A stretch of DNA of 64,000 nt. Origin: Candidatus Lustribacter sp. Its GTDB lineage: Bacteria > Vulcanimicrobiota > Vulcanimicrobiia > Vulcanimicrobiales > Vulcanimicrobiaceae. Each line of letters begins with the position of its first letter. Position 1 is the first letter of the stretch. The stretch lies in contig OZ255842.1 of the NCBI GenBank assembly GCA_965277805.1, positions 32,001-96,000 on the forward strand, in the 5' to 3' direction. This document shows positions 1 to 9,883 of this stretch, piece after piece. Position numbers and translations under genes: made by a program. Under the pieces are notes generated by a model, which was not told the DNA's origin, did no database searches, and saw nothing but the letters and a program-made list of their open reading frames with translations.

Positions 1-1
1 T

Positions 2-331
2 GCAACGCCGGCCGCCGGCGTGATTCCTCTGGGTGTTACGGTTATCGAGATGCGGGCGGTCGTTGCGGGCTGGAGTGCCAAGAAAGACATTCTCGGAAAA
101 CACGTTCAAAACGATCGCAAGGAAGATCTCGGAACGATCCAAGACATCATCATCACGCAGAAAGACGAAGCGGCCTTCGCAATCATCGGTGTCGGCGGCT
201 TTCTCGGGATTGCCGAGCGTCTCGTCGCCATACCGACGCGTCAACTAAAGATTGAGGACGGACATTTCTTGCTGGCCGGCGCCACCAAGGAAGCGCTGAC
301 GCAGATGCCGCCATTCATATACTCCCACTAG
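2..331 (+). CDS. PRC-barrel domain protein (5'-truncated by window)
   Basis: ILGKHVQN..EDLGTIQDIII..AIIGVGGFLGIAERLVAIP PRC-barrel pattern; frame open to window start. Confidence 0.85.
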   Translation, partial: ATPAAGVIPLGVTVIEMRAVVAGWSAKKDILGKHVQNDRKEDLGTIQDIIITQKDEAAFAIIGVGGFLGIAERLVAIPTRQLKIEDGHFLLAGATKEALTQMPPFIYSH

Positions 332-1221
332 CCGGTCAGCGGCGAAGCTGAGACGAGAGCGACGATCGTGACCAACATCTCGATCATCGCGATCTCAATC
401 GCCCTGTGAGTCCGCGGTTCTGTCCACGAGCAGCTGATGACCCCGCGGCACGTGCCGTTCTCGAACAGCCCGGCGACCAGCTCGCTGCGCTGCACCAGGT
501 GCCGGTTGTACCCCTGGTAGGCCGCCATCGACACGTCGTGGACCCCGTGCGTTTCGGTTCCGTCCGATGCCCGTATGCGCACCGGATGCGCTGCCGCATT
601 GGTTATCGCATCCGGATGCGGCGAGTCGTCGCACAGGACGACGCAACCGTTGCGCACGGCGTCATTCATTTCGAGCATGCACTGCGCCAACGCCGGCCCG
701 ACGAAGCCGGCTCGCGGTCCGGCAGCAAACGTGCGCGGCGGCGCGTGGCCGTTCTCGATGCTCGCTACGGTGGCACAGGTGGGCCCGAGGAGCGTCTGGG
801 CAGCCTCGACGGCGGTTCGGGCGACCTCTTCGAATGACGTGGCCGCGGCCATCCGCAGCACGAAGTCGCGCACCTGGGCCACGTAGCGTGCGGCGCCGTC
901 GCGAACGTTCGCTTCGGGCATCGGAGCCGCACGGGCAACGTCCGCAAATACGAGCCGGAAAAGCGTGGCCCGCTCCTGATCGGTGAGCCGCAAAGCCGAC
1001 GCGACCCGTTGCACGAAGGCATGCGAGAAACTGCGCCGCGAAGTGCCGCTCTCGAACTGTTCGTACCAGCCGGCCGAGACCTGGGCCAGTTCGGCCACTT
1101 CCATCGCACGAAGTCCTGGTACCCGGCGAAATCCGTGCGACGGCAAGCTGACGTCGGTAGGGCGTAGCCGGCCGCGCCAGAGTCGAAGTAGTGCGCGTAG
1201 TTGTTTTTGTCGCTCGAGCAT
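328..1221 (-). CDS. MmyB-like XRE (HTH_31) regulator with C-terminal GAF-like domain
   Basis: RLRPTDVSLP..RRVPGLRAMEVAELAQVSAGWYEQFESG N-terminus; C-terminus RSELVAGLFENGTCRGVISCSWTEPR resembles GAF; start ATG 1221 or TTG 1227. Confidence 0.8.
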   Translation of the reverse strand: MLERQKQLRALLRLWRGRLRPTDVSLPSHGFRRVPGLRAMEVAELAQVSAGWYEQFESGTSRRSFSHAFVQRVASALRLTDQERATLFRLVFADVARAAPMPEANVRDGAARYVAQVRDFVLRMAAATSFEEVARTAVEAAQTLLGPTCATVASIENGHAPPRTFAAGPRAGFVGPALAQCMLEMNDAVRNGCVVLCDDSPHPDAITNAAAHPVRIRASDGTETHGVHDVSMAAYQGYNRHLVQRSELVAGLFENGTCRGVISCSWTEPRTHRAIEIAMIEMLVTIVALVSASPLTG

Positions 1222-1427
1222 TTGCAACGCGATTCACATCGGGGAAAGGGTATTGCTTATCGTAGCATGCGAGCCCAACAAAGGGGCAGCTCGGCTACAC
1301 CGTACGCTACCGAACACCCGAAAGCGGCATGGCGAACCGAGTGGTCACCCAACTCACGGTTAGGTGCGAAAATTAGAATCGGGTGATATCCTTCGGTCCC
1401 CACTCACTGCTGCGAAGGGAGGCGACG

Positions 1428-2303
1428 ATGCTCCTCGATGCCCGTCCGGCCCGCCATGATGAACTTGGAAAATTCCTGAAGAGCCGCAGGATGCGGCTCA
1501 GTGCCGAATCATGCGGGCTACCGGCGCTGCGCTCGCGCCGGCGAACGCCGGGTCTGCGTCGCGAAGACGTCAGCTCGATCGCCGGGATCTCAACGGCGTA
1601 TTACGCCTGGATCGAGCAGGGGCGGCCGTTCGACATCTCTCCCGAGGTGCTAAACGCCATCGCCGGGGCGCTGAAGCTCAGCGACGTGGAAACGCGTCAT
1701 GTGCATATGCTTGCCGGCAAAGCAGAACTGCACGCCAAGACACTCACGGCACCGCCATGGAGCGAGGGAATCAAACACGTCGTCAGCCGGTTCGACTGCG
1801 GTCCGGCGGTCGCTCTCACGCCCTGGCTCGACGTGCTCGCCGTTAACGCTCACGCGCAAGAGCTCTTCGAGTTCGAGCCTGGCACGAACCTAGCGTGGTG
1901 GTTCTTCTGCGAAAAGAACGCACGCATCAAGCCATGTAATGGCGACGACATCTCCATCGCGCTGGTCGCGCTCCTGCGGCGAAATCGCGCGCGGGAAAGC
2001 GATGCTGGCCGCTTTAGTGAGATCATCGGACGGCTGCACGCGGAAAGCCACGATTTTGCGCTGTTGTGGGACGGACACATCGTCGATTCATCGCCGCTGA
2101 TCGACGTCGAGTTTGACCGCCCGGGGCGGGGGCGTGTCACTTATCGGGCGGTGCTGCTGTGCGATTCCGTCGCTTCGAGTGAGTTTGTGCTCTTTATGGC
2201 GCTCCTCGACGCACCGGAAAACGCTCCCGCCTATCGCGACTCTTTGAACTCGGCATCGATGACATCCGACCCGCTCGGGTTCCCATTGCCGGAGCTATCC
2301 TGA
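1428..2303 (+). CDS. MmyB-family XRE regulator with PAS-like ligand-binding domain
   Basis: [59 protein letters not shown] before ATG 1428. Confidence 0.85.
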   Translation: MLLDARPARHDELGKFLKSRRMRLSAESCGLPALRSRRRTPGLRREDVSSIAGISTAYYAWIEQGRPFDISPEVLNAIAGALKLSDVETRHVHMLAGKAELHAKTLTAPPWSEGIKHVVSRFDCGPAVALTPWLDVLAVNAHAQELFEFEPGTNLAWWFFCEKNARIKPCNGDDISIALVALLRRNRARESDAGRFSEIIGRLHAESHDFALLWDGHIVDSSPLIDVEFDRPGRGRVTYRAVLLCDSVASSEFVLFMALLDAPENAPAYRDSLNSASMTSDPLGFPLPELS

Positions 2304-4057
2304 CGGGCGCCGACGCCCGCCGTCTGATACGACGCCTCTTCCTGCCGCGCTGAGGCGCGCTCCAGGCGTTCCGTCGCGGCTTGCACCTCGGCCGGCGTTC
2401 CGTTTTCCGCAATGCGCTTGAGTTCGCTCAGTGCCTGCTCGACCTCGGCGCGTGCTGCGGGATCGATGTCGTTATTGTTTTGAAGCGTCTTCTCCATCTT
2501 CTCCGTCGTGTAGATGAGGCTGTCGGCATGGTTGCGGATCTCCGCCTCTTCCTTCTTGCGGCGATCGGCGGCCGCGTTAGCGGCGGCCTCGGCAACCATG
2601 CGTTCGACTTCCTCTTTGCTCAGGTTGGTCGACGCCGTAACGGTGATCCGCTGCTCCTTGCCGGTACCGAGATCTTTGGCCGTTGCGCTCACGATGCCGT
2701 TCGCATCGATCTCGAACGTGACTTCGATCTGCGGCGTGCCGCGCGGCGCCGGCGGAATCCCTTCGAGCCGGAAGCGCGCGAGCGTCCGATTGTCGTCGGC
2801 CATTTCCCGCTCGCCCTGCACGACATGAATATCAACGGCGCTCTGGTTGTCATCGGCGGTCGAAAAAATCTCCGATTTGCGGGTCGGAATCGTGGTGTTC
2901 CGCTCGATCAGCTTCGTGGCGACGCCGCCGAGCGTTTCGAGCCCGAGCGAGAGCGGCGTGACGTCGAGCAGCACGACGTTTTTCACGTCCCCTGCAAGCA
3001 CGCCGGCCTGGATCGCAGCGCCGATCGCGACAACCTCGTCCGCGTTCACTCCCTGGTGCGGCTCTTTCTTACTCAGCTTCTTGACCAATTCCAAAATCGC
3101 CGGCATCCGCGTCGCGCCGCCGACCAGGATAACCTCGTCAACGTCCTCGACTTTGATCTTCGCGTCTTCGACCGCGTCGAGAAACGGTTTCACGCAGCGA
3201 TCGGTGAGGTCGCTGGTGAGTTCTTCGAACTTCGCGCGTGTCAACGTGATGTCGAGGTGCTTGGGCCCCTGTTGATCGGCCGTGATGAACGGCAAGTTGA
3301 TCGTGGTTTCCACCCGGCTCGAGAGCTCGATCTTGGCCTTCTCGGCGGCCTCGGTGAGCCGTTGCATTGCTTGCCGGTCGGGAGTTAGATCGATCCCTTG
3401 GGTCTTGCGGAACTCCGCCACCAGCCAGTCGACGACGCGCTTGTCGTAGTCGTCACCGCCGAGATGGGTGTCGCCCTTGGTGGCCCTCACCTCGAAGAGG
3501 CCTTCGCTCACCTCGAGGACCGAAATGTCGAACGTTCCGCCGCCGAGATCCCACACCAGGATCGTTTCGTGACCCTTGCTTTCGAGCCCGTAGGCTAATG
3601 CGGCCGCGGTCGGCTCGTTCACGATGCGCGGAACCTCAAGCCCTGCGATGCGACCGGCGTCCTTCGTCGCCTGGCGTTGCGCATCGTTGAAATACGCCGG
3701 GACCGTGATGACCGCTTTGGTCACGCGCTCGCCGAGATTGGTGGATGCGTCGTTGACCAGTTTTTGCAGGATCATCGCCGAGATCTCTTGCGGCGTGTAC
3801 TCCTTGCCGTCGATCTTCACGGTGTGGTCGGTCCCCATGTAGCGCTTGATCGAGGTGATCGTGCGGTCGGGGTTGGTGACCGCCTGGCGCTTCGCCAGCT
3901 GTCCGACCAGGCGTTCACCGGTCTTCGTGAACGCTACGACCGAAGGCGTCGTGCGGCCGCCTTCGGCGTTGGGGATAATGATGGGCTGCGACCCTTCCAT
4001 CACCGCGATGACGGAGTTTGTCGTGCCGAGGTCGATCCCGACGATTTTCGCTGCCAT
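2231..4057 (-). CDS. dnaK: Molecular chaperone DnaK (Hsp70)
   Basis: [35 protein letters not shown] motifs, C-terminal VIDAEF; SD GAAGGAG. Confidence 0.97.
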   Translation of the reverse strand: MAAKIVGIDLGTTNSVIAVMEGSQPIIIPNAEGGRTTPSVVAFTKTGERLVGQLAKRQAVTNPDRTITSIKRYMGTDHTVKIDGKEYTPQEISAMILQKLVNDASTNLGERVTKAVITVPAYFNDAQRQATKDAGRIAGLEVPRIVNEPTAAALAYGLESKGHETILVWDLGGGTFDISVLEVSEGLFEVRATKGDTHLGGDDYDKRVVDWLVAEFRKTQGIDLTPDRQAMQRLTEAAEKAKIELSSRVETTINLPFITADQQGPKHLDITLTRAKFEELTSDLTDRCVKPFLDAVEDAKIKVEDVDEVILVGGATRMPAILELVKKLSKKEPHQGVNADEVVAIGAAIQAGVLAGDVKNVVLLDVTPLSLGLETLGGVATKLIERNTTIPTRKSEIFSTADDNQSAVDIHVVQGEREMADDNRTLARFRLEGIPPAPRGTPQIEVTFEIDANGIVSATAKDLGTGKEQRITVTASTNLSKEEVERMVAEAAANAAADRRKKEEAEIRNHADSLIYTTEKMEKTLQNNNDIDPAARAEVEQALSELKRIAENGTPAEVQAATERLERASARQEEASYQTAGVGARQDSSGNGNPSGSDVIDAEFKESR

Positions 4058-4076
4058 GTCGCGCTCCTTCACGACA

Positions 4077-4559
4077 TCAGTGCGCTTCGATCTCGATCTT
4101 TTTCGTGCCGATCGGAGTCGTTGGCTGGAGCACGATCCTCAGTACGCCGTTCTCGATCGTCGCCTTTGCGCTCTCGGGATTGACGTCGCGTGGAAGCACG
4201 AGCGTGCGCGTGAACGCGGCGCGGCGAATCTCCGCGTAGCGGTGTTTGCGATCATCCTGTTCCTCGTCGTGCTGACCTGAAATCGTCACCTGATTGGCCG
4301 TGACCTCGATCGAAATGTCTTCCTTGCGGAATCCCGGAACCGCCGCCTCGATGACGTAGTTTCCGTTTTCCTCCGAGATGTCGACGGCCGGAAAGGTCGA
4401 TGCGATGATGTCGGAGCCGGGTGCCGACGACGACATCGCGTCGAGCAGGCGACCGACGCCGACCAGATCGGGGAAGAAGTCGAGTGCGGCCGGCGCGTAA
4501 CGTGCGCGTCGCGCCGTTGCCACCGGTGCGTTGCCGTTGTGTTTGGTAATTGAAGCCAT
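4077..4559 (-). CDS. Hsp20/alpha-crystallin small heat-shock protein
   Basis: [36 protein letters not shown]. Confidence 0.93.
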   Translation of the reverse strand: MASITKHNGNAPVATARRARYAPAALDFFPDLVGVGRLLDAMSSSAPGSDIIASTFPAVDISEENGNYVIEAAVPGFRKEDISIEVTANQVTISGQHDEEQDDRKHRYAEIRRAAFTRTLVLPRDVNPESAKATIENGVLRIVLQPTTPIGTKKIEIEAH

Positions 4560-4608
4560 TGAACGATCCTCGTTTAAGCGAAGCGTGACGTGGGCGATGG
4601 GGTCTCGC

Positions 4609-4637
4609 CATGGTCCGACGTTGCTCGCGGAGTGTCA
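4609..4637 (-). promoter_or_regulatory. Possible sigma70 promoter of hsp20-dnaK
   Basis: TTGACA-N17-GACCAT on minus strand. Confidence 0.45.
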
Positions 4638-4666
4638 ACCGAGGGACGTTCATAGGTGCGCGAGTC

Positions 4667-5314
4667 CTAGCGTAGGTCCGCATCGGCGTCGCGATGATAA
4701 GGACGGCTGGTCATTTCCAAATGTAGTTGGCGGTCGATGACGCCGGGGAGGAGGTAGACGACCGGAATGATTGCGTAGAGAGCAATGCTCAAACGCGGAT
4801 CGACGGCAACCAGAACGGTCGCCAGGACATACGACACCGGGTAGCCGAGGGTCCAGAGGCTCGCGTCGCGGATGAATCGCCGATCGATGTTCGGTTCGGA
4901 ACGGATGTATTGTTTGACGGCATAGAACCATAACGCGCTGAAGACGAAGCCCGCGGTGGCCATCGTACTTCCGAAAAGTATCACGACCGGGCGGTTCTGG
5001 CCGTATTGTGCCATGAGCGCGGTTGGATACGGGATGAAGGCGACGCACATCAGCAAACCCAGATTGATGATGAGCGAAACGCGGTCGACCTTTTTCAGAA
5101 AGTGAAAGAGCGCATGATGGTTGAGCCAGAGCACGCCGATGATGGCGAAGCTCGTCGCGTAGCCGAGCAGTTGCGGCCAAAGCCAAGCGAGTTGCAAGGT
5201 CGATTGCCGCGTCGTCATACCCACGAGGTCCGGAACCCGCAGATTGACGACGAGTAGCGTCGCGGCGATCGCAAAAATGCTGTCGCTGAACGCCTCGAAG
5301 CGAGCGAGGTTCAT
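4667..5314 (-). CDS. TMEM175-family (DUF1211) potassium channel-like membrane protein
   Basis: RFEAFSDSIFAIAATLL signature, LWLNHH, multiple TM segments. Confidence 0.9.
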   Translation of the reverse strand: MNLARFEAFSDSIFAIAATLLVVNLRVPDLVGMTTRQSTLQLAWLWPQLLGYATSFAIIGVLWLNHHALFHFLKKVDRVSLIINLGLLMCVAFIPYPTALMAQYGQNRPVVILFGSTMATAGFVFSALWFYAVKQYIRSEPNIDRRFIRDASLWTLGYPVSYVLATVLVAVDPRLSIALYAIIPVVYLLPGVIDRQLHLEMTSRPYHRDADADLR

Positions 5315-5363
5315 CAACGCCGGAGGCGGTAAGCTCAGGCGGCCCTTTCGCAACGACGAAGTG

Positions 5364-5885
5364 CTAGCGGCCGTGATACGGGCGAGCGACGACCGCCGGG
5401 ATGGGAGGCGGGGCAACGCGCACCGGGTGGAACGGCCGGCGCACGACGCCTCCGCCGCGCACCACTAAGGCATACGACGGCCCGTAGCCGTACGGGAAGC
5501 CCGGATACCACCAACCTGGGCCGATATACACCGGGACCGGTCTCTGAACGTAATGGTACGGCGTATCGATCTCATTAGCTTCGAACCACGAGCCCGCATT
5601 GTAGCCGAAGATCGTCACGCGCATTCCAGGCGCAAGCGTCAACCCGGTCGGATTGATGATCGTGCCCTGGTGGAGATGCACGTCGTCGATGAAGCCGCGG
5701 TCGTCATGGACGGTGATCGTGTATTTGCCGTTGATCGAGGCGATCGTTCCGTTGATGACGTCGCTACTGTTGGGGGGCGGCGGGTGCCCATACGACGGAG
5801 TTTGTGCGAGTGCCGTGATTGGGACGAGTGCGGTACTTAATGCGGCGGCCGCTGCGCGACCGAGGACGTGCTTTCGTGTTGCCAT
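5364..5885 (-). CDS. Secreted hypothetical protein with Pro/Tyr/Gly-rich tail
   Basis: Signal peptide ending ALAQ; beta-rich core; PGWWYPGFPYGYGP tail. Confidence 0.7.
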   Translation of the reverse strand: MATRKHVLGRAAAAALSTALVPITALAQTPSYGHPPPPNSSDVINGTIASINGKYTITVHDDRGFIDDVHLHQGTIINPTGLTLAPGMRVTIFGYNAGSWFEANEIDTPYHYVQRPVPVYIGPGWWYPGFPYGYGPSYALVVRGGGVVRRPFHPVRVAPPPIPAVVARPYHGR

Positions 5886-5968
5886 ACACCCGGTGTAGCG
5901 CGGCGTTCGTTCCCGATCAAGTAAGGTGTGCTCCTACGATTGCTACTACCATTGGCGAAGGCGAGATG

Positions 5969-8050
5969 TCAGATCACTTCTGCAATGAGCTCGGCGGCTT
6001 TGCCGGCACCGTTGCCGACTGGTCGATACACGGGGGAGCGGCACAGCTCCGCCGCAATCGCGTCAGCGATGTCATCGGTATCCGCCTGGCCATAGTCCAT
6101 ACAACGGCCGGCGCCGTAACGCTCCAAACGATGGCGGACGTGGTAGTTTTGCTCGAAGTGGTGCCTGAGAGGGAAGTAGATGAATGGACGTCCCGCAGCC
6201 GTCAGCTCCATGGTGGTCGTGAGACCGCCCTGCACGAGCGCGAGATCGCAGACCGCGAGGTGACGGTAGAGATCCGGTACGTAGGCGTGCAGTTCGAGAC
6301 CGGTATGCACCGGTAAACACGCCGGGTCGATTCGTGGTCCGGCGACGACGATCATCCGCAGTTGCGGCACGCGACGTTTCGCCTTGGGGTACGCCGCGAT
6401 AATCCGGCGGAGGAGCGCGACGCCGACACCGGAACCGCCGACCGTCACAATACAGACGGCCTCATCCGCGCGATAGCCGAAGCGGTCGCGCCATTCTTCG
6501 TGCTCGGCAGGCGTGGGCGGCACAAATCCGCTGACGTAGCCGGGGAAATCGTAGTGGGACTCGGTCCATGAACGAATTTGCGGCAGGCCGGGGCCGAAAC
6601 TGGCCGGCACGATGTCATCGGGCTCGCCGACGAAGATGGAACGATCGCGCAGGTTCGGATGGCGCTCGATGTGCTCGATCATCTCGGCGTTGTAGTCGGC
6701 GGTGATGCGCCGTTCGTAATCGCCGCCGTCAGGCATCGGAAGCCAGCCGACGAAATCGGTCATCCACACGAACGCGGTCCGCTTCTCGTTAGGATTCTCA
6801 TGCAGGTAGTAATCGACGTCCCAGGCCTCGTCGCCGACGACGAGATCGAATTGCTCTTCCCGCAGCAGATCGTAGAACACCATGAAGTTGTTGACGAGGA
6901 TCTCATCCATCCGGCGGATCGACTGGAATGCATGGAGATCGTGGTCGCCGCACTCGCTTTCGCAGTGCGCGGATTCGTTGACGAGGGCGGCGCTCGCCGA
7001 ATGGATCGTCTCGCCCCGCCGGCGCAACACTTCGGTGACCGGGTGTTGCGCGAGCCATTCGATATCGAGATCCGGACGCAGCCGGCGCAGTTCGGCCGCT
7101 ATTGCTGCGTCGCGCTGAGCGTGGCCGAGGCCGATCGGCGATGAAATGAACAACGCGCGTTTGCGCCGGCTGCGTCGCGGTTTGGACGCGGGGCGAGGCA
7201 GCAGCGCGTCGCGAATCTCTGCATTGACCCTCAGCGGGTTACGCGCCTGTGGGAGATGACCGCTGCCTTCGAGCAGGACGAAGCGGCCGTTGGTCGCCTC
7301 AGCGAGCGCCAGTCCGCGTTCCTTGGGTACGATGCGGTCGGCGTTGCCGTGCAGCACGAGCACCGGGCACTGCACCTTCGCGGCGAGCTCGTGCGCTTCC
7401 GCATCACTGAGCTGCGGCGCGAGGACGGTCGCTGCGAGCGTCTCAGGTGTCGTATCCAGCGCCCATCCGACGGCGTCTTCGAACGGTTTGGTCGAATGCG
7501 GCTCCGGCAACGCTTTGCTGAAGAAGAATTCGACGAAGTCCAGGTAGTTGGTACGCCAGTAGTTTCGATTGAATTTCGTCCAGCCGTCGTGGCGTTGGTA
7601 TTCTTCGTCAAACGAAGCGACCGCGGCGGCGCGGTCCGGGTCGCCGGCGGCGAGCGGCACGGCCGGCGCAATGCAGATAAGGTGCTCGACGCGCTCGGGA
7701 TGGCGGCCCGCCACCATCAGCGCCCACCGCGCGCCGGCCGACAGTGCGACCAGCGCCGCGCGCGCGGTGTTGGTCGCGTCCAGCACCGCGAGAGCGTCAG
7801 CCGCGAAGTCTTCGTCGGAATAATCGAGTTCGGGCGTTTTGTCGGAACGCCCGTTGCCACGTCCGTCGAAGGTAACGACCCGCGCGTGGCGCGCGAAGTA
7901 AGGAATCTGCGCTTTCCAAATGCGCGAGTGGACGATCGACCAGGCCGGTAAGAACAAGATCGTTCGCTCGCCGCTACCGTACACGTCGTAAGCGATTCGA
8001 ACTCCGTTCCGCAGAGCGTAGCCCGACTCGACCGGCTCGAGCGCCCTCAC
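5969..8050 (-). CDS. Alpha/beta hydrolase fused to GT-B (GT28/MurG-like) glycosyltransferase
   Basis: FDGRGNGRS, ALSAG nucleophile, GSGHLP; SPIGLGHAQRD, QGGLTTTMEL, HFEQ. Confidence 0.85.
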   Translation of the reverse strand: MRALEPVESGYALRNGVRIAYDVYGSGERTILFLPAWSIVHSRIWKAQIPYFARHARVVTFDGRGNGRSDKTPELDYSDEDFAADALAVLDATNTARAALVALSAGARWALMVAGRHPERVEHLICIAPAVPLAAGDPDRAAAVASFDEEYQRHDGWTKFNRNYWRTNYLDFVEFFFSKALPEPHSTKPFEDAVGWALDTTPETLAATVLAPQLSDAEAHELAAKVQCPVLVLHGNADRIVPKERGLALAEATNGRFVLLEGSGHLPQARNPLRVNAEIRDALLPRPASKPRRSRRKRALFISSPIGLGHAQRDAAIAAELRRLRPDLDIEWLAQHPVTEVLRRRGETIHSASAALVNESAHCESECGDHDLHAFQSIRRMDEILVNNFMVFYDLLREEQFDLVVGDEAWDVDYYLHENPNEKRTAFVWMTDFVGWLPMPDGGDYERRITADYNAEMIEHIERHPNLRDRSIFVGEPDDIVPASFGPGLPQIRSWTESHYDFPGYVSGFVPPTPAEHEEWRDRFGYRADEAVCIVTVGGSGVGVALLRRIIAAYPKAKRRVPQLRMIVVAGPRIDPACLPVHTGLELHAYVPDLYRHLAVCDLALVQGGLTTTMELTAAGRPFIYFPLRHHFEQNYHVRHRLERYGAGRCMDYGQADTDDIADAIAAELCRSPVYRPVGNGAGKAAELIAEVI

Positions 8051-8664
8051 TCGGCGCGCTGCTTTTCCCAGCGCTGCAACAAGTTGTCGATCATTTTCAG
8101 CATCGAGTCGTGGCCCGCATCGTAATCGATCAACCGTTCGAGCAGCAGACCGAGGTTGAACGTACGCACGAGCGTCGTCACCGCATCGGCCGGGAACTTC
8201 CGCCGGTCGACGCCGTAGGCTTTAAGCGCGTTCGCAATCGCCTCGCCGAGTACTGCGTTCCACTGCTCATGGACGTGCTGCAGCCGCTCGCGGAACTCAG
8301 GCCGGTTCCAGGCCATAGCCTCGAGCTCGAACCAGATCTTGGGATAGCCTGAGGCAAGATCTTCGTCGATGAAGTTCATCGCTTTGCGCCACTTTTCGAT
8401 GAATGGGACGCCGCGAGCGGCGTACATTGCGCGTTGTCGAACGAGGACGCGGTCGGTGAAGCGCTCGAACACGCGTATCAACAGCTCTTCCATCGAGCCG
8501 AAGTAATAATGCACCAAGCCGTGGTTGGCTCCGGCTTCAAGCGCGAGTTTTCGCGTCGTGATCATCGCGTAGCCTTCACGTACGAGCAGGCGTTCCGCGG
8601 CATCGAGGAACGCCTGCTCCGTTTCGCGGCGGGAAACCGAAATGCCGGCCGGGTTTCGGCTCAG
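8047..8664 (-). CDS. TetR/AcrR family regulator (probable CTG start)
   Basis: AFLDAAERLLVREGY..TTRKLALEAGANHGLVHYYFGSMEEL HTH; start uncertain. Confidence 0.88.
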   Translation of the reverse strand: MSRNPAGISVSRRETEQAFLDAAERLLVREGYAMITTRKLALEAGANHGLVHYYFGSMEELLIRVFERFTDRVLVRQRAMYAARGVPFIEKWRKAMNFIDEDLASGYPKIWFELEAMAWNRPEFRERLQHVHEQWNAVLGEAIANALKAYGVDRRKFPADAVTTLVRTFNLGLLLERLIDYDAGHDSMLKMIDNLLQRWEKQRAE

Positions 8665-9749
8665 TGCTTGACCTCGTAGACGATGTTGAACGGTGTCTGG
8701 GTGGCCCGGCGGAAATGCTTCAGACCGGCGTCGTCGACGACCTGATGCATGCGCGCTTCTCCGGCCTGTGCGCCAAGCGCCAAGCCTACTTCTTGCGAGA
8801 GCGAGGCGGGCGTGCACAGGAGAGTCGACGCAGCGTAGAAGATGCGCCCGACCGGGTTGAGGTTATCCTCGAGCCGATCGCCGGCGAACGGTTCGACCAG
8901 CATCCAGGTACCGTCGGACGCCAGCGCTTCACGCACGTGCTTGGCCGCGCCAACGGGATCGCCCATGTCGTGCAAGCAGTCGAAGTACGTAATCAGGTCG
9001 TAGTCCTCGCCGGGAAAATCCTTGGCGCTTGCGACATCAAATTTGACCCGGTCCGACACGCCGGCTGCCTTCGCCCGCTCCCGCGCCAATTCGATCGACC
9101 CGCTGTGATAGTCGAAGCCCTGAAAGATCGAGTTGGGATAGGCTTGGGCCATAATGATCGTCGAGGCGCCGAGCCCGCAGCCGATGTCAGCCACCTTGGC
9201 GCCCGTACGCAGCTTGCCTTCGACGCCGGCGAGTGCGGGGATCCACTCGGCGACGAGATGCGCGTTGTAGCCGGGTCGAAAGAAGCGCTCCGTGCCTTCG
9301 AAGAGCACGGGGCTGTGCTCGTGCCAGCCGAATCCTTTGCCGGTGCGGAAGCGCTCGGTGATCTGCGGCTCGGCCGCCATCATGGCTTCGACGATTTGGA
9401 ATGCGCCGTGCATGAACAAGGGACTCGTGTCGTCAGCCAGCATGAACGCCTGTTCGGGCGGCAGCGCGAAGCGCTGCGTCGCCGCATCGTACTCAACGTA
9501 GCCGCTCGCGGCCTGGTTCGAGAGCCATTCACGCACGTAACGCTCGTTCGTGCCGGTGCGCGCCGCGAGTTCGTTCGAGGTCAGCGCCTCGCCTTTGGCT
9601 AGCTCGCGGTAGAGCCCGACTTTATCGCCGATGATCGTCAGGACGGCACTCATGGCCGCGCCGAGGTCGCCGAGCATTTTGCCGACGAACGCATTGAGCT
9701 TATCAGGATCGGGTGACTTGGCTGGTGGCCGGTCTGTCTCGGTATCCAT
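8661..9749 (-). CDS. Class I SAM methyltransferase with N-terminal winged helix (Rv2258c-like)
   Basis: ERYVREWL wHTH; VADIGCGLG; FDCLHDMGDP. Confidence 0.92.
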   Translation of the reverse strand: MDTETDRPPAKSPDPDKLNAFVGKMLGDLGAAMSAVLTIIGDKVGLYRELAKGEALTSNELAARTGTNERYVREWLSNQAASGYVEYDAATQRFALPPEQAFMLADDTSPLFMHGAFQIVEAMMAAEPQITERFRTGKGFGWHEHSPVLFEGTERFFRPGYNAHLVAEWIPALAGVEGKLRTGAKVADIGCGLGASTIIMAQAYPNSIFQGFDYHSGSIELARERAKAAGVSDRVKFDVASAKDFPGEDYDLITYFDCLHDMGDPVGAAKHVREALASDGTWMLVEPFAGDRLEDNLNPVGRIFYAASTLLCTPASLSQEVGLALGAQAGEARMHQVVDDAGLKHFRRATQTPFNIVYEVKH

Positions 9750-9779
9750 AGCCGTGCTCTCCTCAATCAGGCACGTGTC

Positions 9780-9795
9780 TTAGTCAGATGACTAA
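9780..9795. promoter_or_regulatory. Probable TetR operator
   Basis: Inverted repeat TTAGTCA-GA-TGACTAA 30 bp upstream of the methyltransferase-TetR operon. Confidence 0.7.
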
Positions 9796-9883
9796 CCTAC
9801 CGCGATGGATACAGCGTGTCAATACCTTCCCAGGGCGCTTGCCGGGCGGGGTGCGCGCGATTTCGCTCGAAAAACACGCTCCT

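Noticed and set aside
2381-4280. Long plus-strand ORFs antisense to dnaK
   Set aside because: Typical high-GC shadow frames opposite a conserved gene
4611-4637. CIRCE element before hsp20-dnaK
   Set aside because: Only a left-arm-like TTGACACTC; no GAGTGCTAA arm
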